Below, in pieces: positions 20,379-30,190 of a stretch of DNA of 64,000 nucleotides (position 1 is the first letter of the stretch; each line of letters begins with the position of its first letter). The position numbers and the translations under genes were made by a program. The notes beneath the pieces were generated by a model. That model saw only the letters and a list, made by a program, of their open reading frames with translations, had not been told where the DNA came from and ran no database searches. Source of the stretch: Nitrospirota bacterium (lineage in GTDB: Bacteria > Nitrospirota > UBA9217); the NCBI GenBank assembly GCA_963663225.1, contig OY760142.1:1376001-1440000 (forward strand), written 5' to 3'.

Positions 20379-21614
20379 TCACCTTGCATAGCGGCTTACG
20401 ATAACCGCAGAGTTCTGGCCGTACGGGTCCACGGCCGTAACGAGCACATTCCGGAGTTCCTTCTTGCGCGCCGTGTTCGGAACAATATCCAGATCGCACA
20501 AGATGTCTTTTTCAATATAATTGATTGTGGGAGGTATGCAGTTTTTTTGGACCGCTCCGACAGCCGCGGCCAGAGACAAGGCGCCCGAAGCCGAGCAGGA
20601 TTCTCCTATCATGGATTTTATGGAGGTTACCGGAACTGCAACAGCCTGGTTTCTGAAGATGTTTATTATGGTTGCAGCTTCCATCCGATCAAGACCGTGC
20701 GTGGAGTTCGCGCAGGCGCAGATGTAGTCAATATCGCAGGGCTGCAACGCCGCATTCTTTAAAGCCAGGGCGATTGCGGTCTGAAGTCCCTGTCCCGCGT
20801 GCGTGAAATCGCCGTTTGCCGAGGGGTCGAAAGCAGCGGCGTATCCCGTAATACGCGCAAGTGGTGTCGTGCCTTTTTGCAGGGCGTACTGCTCCTCTTC
20901 CAGCACGAGAATTGCCGCTCCTTCAGAAAGGATTGCGCCGTTTCTGCGTGCGTCAAAAGGGCAGCAAAGAGGTTGTGAACCGTTTGTGCCAGAAAGCATG
21001 CCGAGATTGAGAAGGCCGAGAAATGTTTCCTCGCACAGTTCCTCCACTCCGCCCGCCAGCACCGTGGCGGCCCTGCCCAGTTTTATAAAGTCCGCCGCGT
21101 ACGCAATCGCGTCCATGCTCGCGCAGAATCCTGTTGATATTGTCGTATTGAAGCCTTTTATTTTGAATCGGATCGACACCTGGCTGGCCGGCGAGTTTAT
21201 AACAGTATTCGGAAAATGCGACGGATTAACGGCACGCGGACCCTCGCGAAGGCCTGTCCGGTCGAATTGAGAGATGCTGTGCAGGCTCCCGTACGTTGTG
21301 CCGATTGCCACGCCCATTGCGCTTGTTGTGTTTTCAGTGATTTCGAGTTTGCCGTCGTCAATGGCCAGTTTTGCAGCGGCACAAATGAGACGGGTGCTCC
21401 TGTCGAGGTCGCGGAGCCCTTTTTTCCCGAGAAAGGAAACGGGATCGAAGTTCGGCGTCTCGCCGGCCATGCTGACGCCGAACGCACTGGTGTCGAACAG
21501 GGTTATCGGAGCAAAGCCCGAGTTGCCCAGGAAAAGGTTTTCCCAGAACAGCTCTTTTCCTATTGCGACAGGAGAGAGAATCCCGATGCCGGTTATTACG
21601 ATATTATTGCCCAT
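20379..21614 (-). CDS. Ketosynthase homolog lacking catalytic triad (chain-length-factor-like)
   Basis: KS fold, but STGFCAS / ICACANST / SMIGESCS stand in place of TACS / AHGT / GH. Confidence 0.8.
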   Translation of the reverse strand: MGNNIVITGIGILSPVAIGKELFWENLFLGNSGFAPITLFDTSAFGVSMAGETPNFDPVSFLGKKGLRDLDRSTRLICAAAKLAIDDGKLEITENTTSAMGVAIGTTYGSLHSISQFDRTGLREGPRAVNPSHFPNTVINSPASQVSIRFKIKGFNTTISTGFCASMDAIAYAADFIKLGRAATVLAGGVEELCEETFLGLLNLGMLSGTNGSQPLCCPFDARRNGAILSEGAAILVLEEEQYALQKGTTPLARITGYAAAFDPSANGDFTHAGQGLQTAIALALKNAALQPCDIDYICACANSTHGLDRMEAATIINIFRNQAVAVPVTSIKSMIGESCSASGALSLAAAVGAVQKNCIPPTINYIEKDILCDLDIVPNTARKKELRNVLVTAVDPYGQNSAVIVSRYAR

Positions 21615-21684
21615 GCTTTGTCACGTCCTATCAACAGGGTGACGCCCTGTTAAAATTTAGCAGCACTGTTTGCACAAACACATT

Positions 21685-22437
21685 TTATATTCCCAATCCG
21701 CCGTCAAGCTGCAAGGTCTGACCGGTGATGTACTGCGCCCTGTCACTGAGCAGAAATACCACCGATTCTGCAACCTCTTCAGCAGTGCCGAACCTCTGAA
21801 GAGGGATGTTTCTTAAAAAAAGCTCCTTCATTTTCGGGGCAAGGGTTGCGGTCATTTCCGTGTCGATAAAGCCGGGCGCCACAGCGTTCACTCTGACATT
21901 ATACGGTGCGACTTCCTGCGCCAAAGACTTGGTAAAACCGATCAGTCCTGCCTTTGCGGCCGCGTAGTTTGTCTGACCAGGGAGCGGATGGATGCCGCCT
22001 ACCGAGGAAATGTTCACGATGGCCCCGCTTTTTTGCTTCAAGAACGTGATGATCGAGGCGCGGGTAATGTTAAAGGCGCCGTTCAGATTGGTATCAATGA
22101 CATCATGCCAGTCTTCCGGGCTCATCATCATCAGAGACTTGTCCCTGGTGATTCCGGCATTGTTCACTAGGAAATCGAGCTTTCCGAATTCTTTTCTGAC
22201 GGATTCGGCAAGCGTCTTGGCGCCATTGAAGTCCCTTGCATCAAGCAGAACGGAAAGGACCTTTCTGCCCATACCGCGGACCTCCCGCGCAAGCGATTCC
22301 GCCGCCGCATGGTTTTTTACATACGTGAAAGCGCAATCCACGCCCCGCGCGGAAAGGGCAAGGACGACAGCGCGTCCAATGCCTCTTGTTCCGCCGGTTA
22401 CGATCGCAGTTTTCTTGAGAAAGAAATTCTTGAGCAA
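21685..22437 (-). CDS. fabG: 3-oxoacyl-ACP reductase
   Basis: TGGTRGIG, NNAGITRD, YAAAK. Confidence 0.92.
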   Translation of the reverse strand: MLKNFFLKKTAIVTGGTRGIGRAVVLALSARGVDCAFTYVKNHAAAESLAREVRGMGRKVLSVLLDARDFNGAKTLAESVRKEFGKLDFLVNNAGITRDKSLMMMSPEDWHDVIDTNLNGAFNITRASIITFLKQKSGAIVNISSVGGIHPLPGQTNYAAAKAGLIGFTKSLAQEVAPYNVRVNAVAPGFIDTEMTATLAPKMKELFLRNIPLQRFGTAEEVAESVVFLLSDRAQYITGQTLQLDGGLGI

Positions 22438-22551
22438 GTTTTCACTCTTGAATCACTGCTTACAGGACCTGATGAAATCCCTGTGGTCCGGATATTTATT
22501 CAAACGCACCTGTCCGATCGACTATTGTCGTGAGCTTGAATATATCCGGCA

Positions 22552-23661
22552 TCAGGTATTTTCAGAACCAGGCGCTATCGCAATGTAAAAAATAATGGAG
22601 CCGGATTCGACCCTGGTCATTGACAGCGCGGTGTCGGGTATTTCCGCAAGCCGGAACAGTCTGGCAAAGTCGGGCTCGATACGCTGTTTGAAGCCGTCCC
22701 AGTCCACAAACCAGTGGTAGATTTGGGAGCGATAACGGGCAGCATCCTTGTACGCCATGATAAGCTTCCCGTCGGGCCGCAGAAGCCGGTAGAGCGTGTT
22801 CAGGAGTTTGATAAGAAAATCGTCGGGCAGGTAATCGAAATACCCAACGCTGTAGATAATATCCTGTGGTCCGAATTCTTTTTGAGCTGTTTCAAGATCA
22901 AACATTCTGAGCGCATTATAGGTGAGCAGTTCAACCTGATCCGACAGCAGTCCTGCCGTTGAAAAACGGTCGCGGGAGAAATTGAGGGCCTCCGCATCCA
23001 GATCGACGCAGGTAAACCGGGCGCCAGAGGCCTTGATCTCGGGAGCCAATTCGAAGACTTCCCTGCACGATCCGCAGGCGACATCGAGGACTTTCGGCGA
23101 TATTCTCGCTTTCAACTCATCCCGGAGCAGCTCTCTCAGCCTTTGTATGCGCTCTCTCACACCCACGCCGAGTGCCGAGTCGAGCAGATATTTGTCCAGG
23201 TAATATCCGATGCCGTCAGACAACGGCATGTTTTTGTACGCGAGTTCGAGCGTTTCAAAATCGCCCTGCTGCCCCCGTGGCCAGACGCGGCAACGGTTGA
23301 TGCAATAACTTTTGGAAAGAATGGGGTTGGTTTTTTCGCGGAAGGTGGCTTGTGCGGCCCTGATCGCCTCTGGATCTAGTATCTGCCGTTCGAACTGAGC
23401 GCATGCTTCAAGCATTGCGTCATTTAGCACGGTGATTTCAGCAAGAAGTTCGAAACGGTCGGCATCAGGTTGGTTGCATTTTGATTCGAAAAATCTAAGT
23501 TGCTGCAGATAGTCTGCAACTTTTGAATCAAGCAAATCTGCATATGGTTTTGTTTTTTCGCGAAGAAGCTGCGATGTCGCAGCAAGCTCCCCAGATTGAT
23601 ATGTCAGTGCGTTCTGCACGTTATCCCCCTTGAACGGTATGTTTACGGGTTTATCAGGCAT
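22552..23661 (-). CDS. Class I SAM methyltransferase, PhcB-like
   Basis: PRGQQGDFETLE, VLDVACGSCRE, YSVGYFDYL, LRPDG. Confidence 0.75.
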   Translation of the reverse strand: MPDKPVNIPFKGDNVQNALTYQSGELAATSQLLREKTKPYADLLDSKVADYLQQLRFFESKCNQPDADRFELLAEITVLNDAMLEACAQFERQILDPEAIRAAQATFREKTNPILSKSYCINRCRVWPRGQQGDFETLELAYKNMPLSDGIGYYLDKYLLDSALGVGVRERIQRLRELLRDELKARISPKVLDVACGSCREVFELAPEIKASGARFTCVDLDAEALNFSRDRFSTAGLLSDQVELLTYNALRMFDLETAQKEFGPQDIIYSVGYFDYLPDDFLIKLLNTLYRLLRPDGKLIMAYKDAARYRSQIYHWFVDWDGFKQRIEPDFARLFRLAEIPDTALSMTRVESGSIIFYIAIAPGSENT

Positions 23662-23716
23662 CCTGCCTTATTACAAACAATCTTTGCGGCTTTTCGCTGA
23701 GGCCGCAGATGGAAGG

Positions 23717-23815
23717 TTAGCGCGGGCCCCTGGGTGAGGGACGGATAGCGTTCTGCAAACAGCAGCAGGCAAGCTGCTTCTTCCGCTCAGCCGGCAATAC
23801 GAAGTTGCCTATCAT
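23717..23815 (-). CDS. Small 32-aa peptide MIGNFVLPAERKKQLACCCLQNAIRPSPRGPR
   Basis: Perfect SD TAAGGAGGTGATC directly upstream of ATG; first ORF of the cluster; below ORF-track cutoff. Confidence 0.6.
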   Translation of the reverse strand: MIGNFVLPAERKKQLACCCLQNAIRPSPRGPR

Positions 23816-24331
23816 TTGATCACCTCCTTATCCTCGAAGTCATCGTGTAGGACCGAATCTCTTTCGTTGCAAAATCTCTTGCGCAAAAAAAAGAGTGCGT
23901 GGTGGGCGGAAGGTTAAACCAGCGGTGCAATCGTGTCAAATAAATTAAAAAAAGATGGTCAAACAAAAAATGGGCTGTGTGCATAAATAAAAAAAATTGT
24001 CGTATTATTCGAGACAAACAGAAGCGAGCATCGCAAAAAGTTGCACACCGTTTTTATTTTTTTATCAACTTTAAAAAGATGTCATGAAAAAAATCGCGAA
24101 ATGTCCATAAAGCGGATCGTGCTGCAGGGACATCCGCCGAAGAAAAAAGCTTGTTTGCGTTGTTTTGGGCGCGTTTTATATTTCCAACAAACGACTACAA
24201 AACATATTCTTGACTCACTTAAGCCTTTCAGATACACTTGCGTATCTTTAAAATCGATGAAAACAGGGTGTATTCGCCCCTTTTCTGCTTTTTTTGCTCC
24301 AAGCAAAGCAGAAGTATACTAAGGAGAAAAT

Positions 24332-24676
24332 ATGGCCCAAATAAAAACAGGGACCAAAATCAAAGCCGTTCTGATTGGCATTCTCGTCTGCATTCTGATT
24401 GTCCTGTACAGTTACTTTGTTGCCGACACGGTGACGACGAGGATCACCGATGCGCAGATGACAAAGGTGGACGGCAGGTTCATGATAGCCACCGAGTACC
24501 GTCCTTTTGTAAATGAAGACGCCTGGTACCGGTTTAAGTTCGATTCCGGTAACATACAGAATGAGGCAATCCGGCTGAAGGGCAAAGAGGTCAGGATCAA
24601 GAAATACGGATGGCGGATAACGGTATTATCGCAGTATGAGAACGTGGTGAAGATCGAAGAGGTCCAGAAAAAGTAA
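24332..24676 (+). CDS. DUF1523-like membrane-anchored protein
   Basis: NED..Y.FKFDS and YGWR...LS motifs; N-terminal TM; RBS aaggag. Confidence 0.6.
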   Translation: MAQIKTGTKIKAVLIGILVCILIVLYSYFVADTVTTRITDAQMTKVDGRFMIATEYRPFVNEDAWYRFKFDSGNIQNEAIRLKGKEVRIKKYGWRITVLSQYENVVKIEEVQKK

Positions 24677-24690
24677 AAAAGCCCGTAGGG

Positions 24691-24891
24691 CTACCTAGTT
24701 TTTCTGAGAAGCAGGAATGCTCCGAGGGCCGTGCAGACCCCGCCGGCAATAAGAACGATCATGGTCTTATCGGTCGGTGAACCGGTAACAAAACGCGCCA
24801 CGTGGGAAGAAAAAGCACTGTACAGATTATAACCCCAGATTAGAAGGCCGATGCCGGCAACGAGCAGTGCAACACCAATTAGCTTTTCCAT
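24691..24891 (-). CDS. Small 2-TM protein, DUF3185-like
   Basis: GIGLLIWG...FVTGSPTDK; RBS ggagga. Confidence 0.7.
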   Translation of the reverse strand: MEKLIGVALLVAGIGLLIWGYNLYSAFSSHVARFVTGSPTDKTMIVLIAGGVCTALGAFLLLRKTR

Positions 24892-25046
24892 AAGCGTCAG
24901 TCCTCCATAACAGCCAATTGCCGCAGAGTGTAAATGCTTAGCCGGTAATTGTCAAACAAAATCAGATCGGCATACTGCCGTCATCCTTTGACTACAGACT
25001 GAGGCACCCGAAAACCAATCGCACGATCCGGAACAGGAGCAGACAC

Positions 25047-25826
25047 ATGGAGCAGGGAAAAAACGATGTTCAGAAACAAATGAGGGAACACTCGAAGCCG
25101 CTGGTGCTGATCGTCGACAGCAACATCATGAGCCAGTTTACGACCAGCATGATCCTGCAGCGGCTGGATTATTTCGTTTATCCGGTGAAGACGGCAGAAG
25201 AGGCGCTGACAGCCATAAGCATTACCTCTCCGCACGTCGTGCTTGCAGAGACCGCCCTTCCCCAGATGAGCGGACTTGCTCTTCTGCAGAGGATTAAAAA
25301 AGACAAAGGAACAAAAAACATTCCGGTTATTATCTACACAAAGGAGCAGGACCAGTCTACACGCCAGGTATACCTGCAGGCGGGATGCGAAGGATATCTG
25401 ACGTACCCGGCTGATCCCAACCACCTGTACGAAACTATCCAGCAGGCGACGGAAGTAACACCCCGCCATTTTGTCCGGCTCAACACCAGTCTGGAAGTAA
25501 CCATTGGCAAACAGGGCGCCGCGGACCCTGCAGCGGCAAGGGAACGGGTGAGCGCACTGTCCGTAGACGGCATGTACGTAAGCACGGTAAAGCCCGTGCC
25601 GTACGGCACAATACTTCCCTTCACCCTGTTTTTGGAGGATTCACCGAACGGAAGCATCGGTCTTGAAGGGAAGGTGCTCTACAGCTACAGCTATGACGGC
25701 AGGGTGGGCGCGGTAAAGCAGCCGGGTATGGGCATTAAATTTACCAACATCCTTCCCGAGGACCGGATGCTCATAAAGAACTTCATCCAGAAAAAACTGA
25801 TGGAAGGAATCGCTGTTGCCATCTGA
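25047..25826 (+). CDS. Pseudo-receiver + PilZ domain protein
   Basis: Degenerate REC; RHFVR, LSVDGMYV, PGMGIKF. Confidence 0.8.
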   Translation: MEQGKNDVQKQMREHSKPLVLIVDSNIMSQFTTSMILQRLDYFVYPVKTAEEALTAISITSPHVVLAETALPQMSGLALLQRIKKDKGTKNIPVIIYTKEQDQSTRQVYLQAGCEGYLTYPADPNHLYETIQQATEVTPRHFVRLNTSLEVTIGKQGAADPAAARERVSALSVDGMYVSTVKPVPYGTILPFTLFLEDSPNGSIGLEGKVLYSYSYDGRVGAVKQPGMGIKFTNILPEDRMLIKNFIQKKLMEGIAVAI

Positions 25827-25865
25827 TGCCCTTTTGTTTAACTCCGCTTTTCCCTCCCTCCCGTC

Positions 25866-26417
25866 TTAAGGAGAACCGACGCCCGAAAAATCACCGCCTC
25901 CAGAACTGTACACGGACAGCCACACCGAAGGATCAAGCTGCATATGCAGGGTAACGGTATTGCCTTGCAACGAATACCACGACTGCAGGACCTCTGGAAT
26001 CCCGAATTCCCACGGCCGGTACAGAGGTTTTAATTCGTAGCCGATGGTTTTGCCGGCGTGATCAGGAATTTGTCGGAGCACCGTATTCCAGACCGTGTGC
26101 GCACTGCAATTAATAAAGGTGTTGGCCTCTTCCAGCGCCTGAGGACCCGGGAGCCCTTTTTTTATTTGATACATATTGTCCAGCGCATACACATCAAAGG
26201 CATAGCCGCTTTTTTCATCTGCCAGAACAGCCATATTTTCAATATCTCCGGACGATCTGCAGCCGTACAGTATCAGGGTGTACGTCGCATTGACCTCCGC
26301 AGGATCGGCTGCCTTTGGACGTAATTGTGTCCCTGCCATGCATGCCTGCATGGCGAGAGCCAGAACAAGGCAAATGCCGAATACGAGCATATGTTTTGTT
26401 TTTTTCATGGTGATCAT
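25866..26417 (-). CDS. Hypothetical lipoprotein
   Basis: Hydrophobic signal ending MQAC. Confidence 0.65.
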   Translation of the reverse strand: MITMKKTKHMLVFGICLVLALAMQACMAGTQLRPKAADPAEVNATYTLILYGCRSSGDIENMAVLADEKSGYAFDVYALDNMYQIKKGLPGPQALEEANTFINCSAHTVWNTVLRQIPDHAGKTIGYELKPLYRPWEFGIPEVLQSWYSLQGNTVTLHMQLDPSVWLSVYSSGGGDFSGVGSP

Positions 26418-26586
26418 CTCTTTCTTGTCAGAACAAACACCGTCCTTAACGATATTACTTTCCTGTATTATAATTATATCAGACCCTTCGGGTTGAGTTG
26501 TTTACAAAACAGACATTAAAACAGCAAACCCTGAAAGTATTTAAATACATGATAAAATAAAAAAGAGAAGCTGGAAAGGAGAAAAA

Positions 26587-27540
26587 ATGGAAACACGGAA
26601 ACTCGGCAACTCAGATATTGAAATCACCCGCCTCGGATTCGGGGCATGGGCAATCGGCGGATCAGGCTGGGAATATGGCTGGGGAGCGCAGAACGATGGC
26701 GAGTCGATTGCGGCAATTCACCGGGCTCTTGAAATGGGCGTGAACTGGATAGACACGGCGGCGGTGTACGGCCTGGGCCATTCCGAGGAGATAGTGGCGT
26801 GCGCCCTTGCCGGTTGGAAAAACAAGCAGCCGTATGTCTTCACCAAATGCGGGCTGCGCTGGAAGGAACAGGGGAAAGTGTATCAGTCGCTCAATGCCGG
26901 ATCAATACGCAGGGAATGCGAGGACAGTCTGCGACGGCTGCGGATTGACACGATTGATCTCTATCAAATCCACTGGCCGCCCGCAAACAATGGGCAGGAG
27001 CTAGAAGAGGGATGGACGACGCTGGCCGCTCTCCAACGCGAGGGAAAAGTCCGCTGGATCGGGGTCTCCAACTTCGATTCAGAACAGTTAAAGCGCGCGC
27101 AGGCCATCGCTCCGGTGACCTCGCTTCAGCCGCCGTATTCGCTTATCAAGCGAGGCGTCGAAGCCAAAACCCTGCCGTTCTGCTGTGAGCAGGGGATTGG
27201 CGTGATTGTTTACGCACCCATGGCATCCGGGCTGCTGACCGGCGCAATGACGCGCGAACGCGCCGCGAATCTGCCCGCTGATGACTGGAGAAAGCGGGAC
27301 CCTGAATTCAACGAACCAAAGCTGTCACGGAATCTTGTTCTGGTCGAAAAGCTCCGTGAAATAGGAAAACGACATGGGTGTTCAGCAGGTGAAGTCGCGA
27401 TCGCGTGGACGCTGAACAACCCGAACGTAACAGGAGCGATCGTCGGCGCCCGCAGCGCGGCGCAGGTGGAAGGAGTCATGCGAGCCTCGGAGATAACGCT
27501 CTCGAAAGAGGAAATCGCAGAGCTTGAATCCGCCTCTTGA
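26587..27540 (+). CDS. Aldo/keto reductase
   Basis: GFGAWAIGG, DTAAVYG, DLYQIHWP, IGVSNF. Confidence 0.92.
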   Translation: METRKLGNSDIEITRLGFGAWAIGGSGWEYGWGAQNDGESIAAIHRALEMGVNWIDTAAVYGLGHSEEIVACALAGWKNKQPYVFTKCGLRWKEQGKVYQSLNAGSIRRECEDSLRRLRIDTIDLYQIHWPPANNGQELEEGWTTLAALQREGKVRWIGVSNFDSEQLKRAQAIAPVTSLQPPYSLIKRGVEAKTLPFCCEQGIGVIVYAPMASGLLTGAMTRERAANLPADDWRKRDPEFNEPKLSRNLVLVEKLREIGKRHGCSAGEVAIAWTLNNPNVTGAIVGARSAAQVEGVMRASEITLSKEEIAELESAS

Positions 27541-27581
27541 TGATGAATAAGTGGATTCTTCAGAGCGGTTTAACTCTGTAG

Positions 27582-27612
27582 AAACTCCGGCTGTAAAGGC
27601 CGGAGTTTTTTT
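27582..27612 (+). terminator. Rho-independent terminator
   Basis: aaactccggc-tgtaaag-gccggagttttttt. Confidence 0.8.
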
Positions 27613-27789
27613 GTTGTTGAGAGAAAAATTTTGATGTGTTTTTCGAAATGTTCTTTCTTCCAGTTGAATGCAAAAAAATGCATTATCCTGTTGCGTATGG
27701 GTAATGTTTATTTCTTGCCATAAGAAGACGATTTGGTATACTCATACCTGATTTTTCTATTATGCCTTCGGCCCATTAAGGAGAGAAAA

Positions 27790-28833
27790 GTGAGAAAGAA
27801 ATCGCACGTGATAGCGGCAGTATCGGCGTTCTGTTTGATTGTTCTCGGCTGCGCTCCACCATCGGTAGTCATTAATCAACTTGTTCCCGGCAATGCACCC
27901 GAAGCGCCGAAACTCAGAAGAGTGGCGGTATTGCCGTTTGACGGTCCTCGCGGAAAGGAAGTGGCGGCTGAGCTGGAGGCGTCCCTGTCAAATATCACGA
28001 TAGACGGTAAACAGTATTTTGAATTTATTGACCGGATGTCGATAGACAAGGTGCTGAAAGAAATGAACCTTTCCATGACCGGCCTGGTTGACGCCACTAC
28101 TGCCGTTAAAGTAGGCAAAATGACCGGCGCGCAGGGAATTTACACAGGCGTAATAACCACCGCCCGCACGAGCGACAACACGTACAGGGAAAACCGGACC
28201 CGCTGCATACGCACCGTCACGAAATATGACAAAAACGGCAAGGCCTACGAAGTCTGCGGCGAGCAGGAGAGTTATTCGGTTCCCTGCATAAACAGGGAGG
28301 CGGTTTTTTCTTTCACGCCGAAGTTGATCAACGTGGAAACGGGCAGAATTGCGTACGCGAACAATCTCGACGGCAAGGCGCAGTCCGCAGCCTGCAGGGA
28401 TGCCGCGACGCCGCTCGTGGATGCCCAGCAGCTTGCAGACCAGGCGAAGAGGACTGCCCTGGAAAAAATAAGAAAGGACATTGCTCCCTACTATGTTCAA
28501 AAAAAAGTAAGGCTCATGGATTCGGATGAGGGGGCAACTGAACCTGCAGCAGAGAAACTCAAAAACGGACTGGATTATGCTGAGAACAACAGATTCGACA
28601 GGGCGTGCGAACTCTGGGGGGAAGCCCGGGTCATCTCCCCCAAGGCGCCTGCCGTTCTGTATAATCTTGGCGTGTGCCGGGAGTCCATGGGAAACTATGA
28701 GGAGGCTCTTGCATTCTATATGGAAGCCGACCGGCAGCTGGGCAAGCCCGACAAACGCATCACCGAAGCACTGAAGAACACGAAGTCTTCCATTGAGAAA
28801 CAGAAAAGGCTCAAGGAACAGATGGGGCGGTGA
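27790..28833 (+). CDS. Lipoprotein with CsgG-like domain and C-terminal TPR
   Basis: Lipobox VLGC, RVAVLPF, AVKVGKMTGA, TPR AVLYNLG; GTG start with aaggag RBS. Confidence 0.75.
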   Translation: MRKKSHVIAAVSAFCLIVLGCAPPSVVINQLVPGNAPEAPKLRRVAVLPFDGPRGKEVAAELEASLSNITIDGKQYFEFIDRMSIDKVLKEMNLSMTGLVDATTAVKVGKMTGAQGIYTGVITTARTSDNTYRENRTRCIRTVTKYDKNGKAYEVCGEQESYSVPCINREAVFSFTPKLINVETGRIAYANNLDGKAQSAACRDAATPLVDAQQLADQAKRTALEKIRKDIAPYYVQKKVRLMDSDEGATEPAAEKLKNGLDYAENNRFDRACELWGEARVISPKAPAVLYNLGVCRESMGNYEEALAFYMEADRQLGKPDKRITEALKNTKSSIEKQKRLKEQMGR

Positions 28834-28842
28834 CAAGGAGTA
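28788..28842 (+). repeat. 55-bp segment (3' end of TPR lipoprotein gene), repeated at 29696-29750 and 33306-33360
   Basis: aaacagaaaaggctcaagga(a/g)cag(a/g)tggg..ggt.a.aag.agt present in three copies. Confidence 0.9.
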
Positions 28843-28926
28843 CTTCCTAAATCATATAGGAATGGACTACCGAACTCATATACAAGTTACTACTTGTAGT
28901 ATTTTTCACAACTCGCAGGAAAAATT

Positions 28927-29565
28927 ATGTATATGAAAAAACTTTTAATTCTAATAAGCGCTTTATCTGTATTCTCGTCACTGGGTTGTACTGCAATTGG
29001 CTCAAGGGATTACTATGCCGCTTATACGGCAAAAGGAATGGTCCACTGGAAAGATAACAGGGGTATTATATACTCATCAAAAAAACCGGACTCGATAACA
29101 TATTCAAAGGATAATTTTAAGTTAACAATATATACAAACACTTTAGTAGATTCAACGTATGCACTTGGTCCATGCATGCTCATACCCTTACCTGTAATTC
29201 CAGTATTTGGACTTGGTAAAGCCATTTACAGTGGACCGATCAGCGTAAGCTTTGATGTCGAGCAAATCGGCCCTTATCAGTTAATTAAAGCGAATGTACT
29301 GAAAAATAATGAAAATTTTTTACCAATAAATATTGAAACACCTCTTTCTCGCTCTGCTTTTAACCCATTTACGGAAAAAATACAGTTTCCGCTAGATCTG
29401 AATGAGCGAGGGATTTATTTTTATTTAGAATACAACCTATCCGTAACGTCTGTTGACTCTTTTGAACTTGAATTTACAGTGCAGAACAATTCTGGCGTTG
29501 TATTTCTTGAAGATAAAATATCATTTACCCGAGAGAAAACAAATTACTTTATGTGCGTCATGTGA
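28927..29565 (+). CDS. Hypothetical lipoprotein (AT-rich cassette gene)
   Basis: Lipobox SLGC; RBS agga. Confidence 0.7.
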   Translation: MYMKKLLILISALSVFSSLGCTAIGSRDYYAAYTAKGMVHWKDNRGIIYSSKKPDSITYSKDNFKLTIYTNTLVDSTYALGPCMLIPLPVIPVFGLGKAIYSGPISVSFDVEQIGPYQLIKANVLKNNENFLPINIETPLSRSAFNPFTEKIQFPLDLNERGIYFYLEYNLSVTSVDSFELEFTVQNNSGVVFLEDKISFTREKTNYFMCVM

Positions 29566-29750
29566 AGTAGGTAGGCTGGGTAGAGTAGAGTGAAACCCGA
29601 CAGATTTGATTATGATATCGGTGCTCAGAATATGGGAATCATTAAGACATAAAAGAGTCGTTGGGTTTCACTTCGTTCTACCCAAACTACTAACTTTCCA
29701 TCGATAAACAGAAAAGGCTCAAGGAGCAGATGGGGCGGTGATAAGGAGTA
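29566..29750. repeat. REPIN-like element type A, copy 1 (inverted GTAG REP pair) plus gene-end tail
   Basis: gtaggctgggtagag..gaaacccgac ... gttgggtttcac..ttctacccaaactac. Confidence 0.85.
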
Positions 29751-29758
29751 ACCCTTTT

Positions 29759-30190
29759 ATGCCTGGTTCTAAAACACCTAATAAAGTAAAAAAAACAGAA
29801 AAGCCACGTGAAGACTCGGAATACTACCAACCATATTCCGAGTTCGCAAAAAATCTTCGGACGTGGCTTATTGCTTACGGGATAGGAGCGCCGGCATTAA
29901 TTCTATCCAGCAAGTCCGCATGGGATGCAGTGAAAAGCTCCGGTCACTTTGCCCTGATAGGAGTATTGTTTCTTTTGGGCGTGGCATTGCAGCTTATCGA
30001 AGCGTTGCTGTATAAGCATGCGATGTGGCATCTTTATTTCAGCGAGCTCGATGCAGAGCACAAAAAGTCGGGTTGGTACAAAGTCGCGGAATGGTTGTCA
30101 GAAGCGTATCTGCTTGAGTTATCGTTTGATATGATTTCAGTCCTTCTTTTTATTATTGCTACGCTGTTATTGTTCTTGAGTTTTCTCTAA
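29759..30190 (+). CDS. Hypothetical 3-TM membrane protein (cassette-like)
   Basis: ORF with hydrophobic segments; its RBS AAGGAG lies within the repeated tail. Confidence 0.7.
   Translation: MPGSKTPNKVKKTEKPREDSEYYQPYSEFAKNLRTWLIAYGIGAPALILSSKSAWDAVKSSGHFALIGVLFLLGVALQLIEALLYKHAMWHLYFSELDAEHKKSGWYKVAEWLSEAYLLELSFDMISVLLFIIATLLLFLSFL

Noticed and set aside
17052-22437. Ladderane or carotenoid biosynthesis
   Set aside because: No radical SAM enzymes or crtB/crtE present; only partial resemblance
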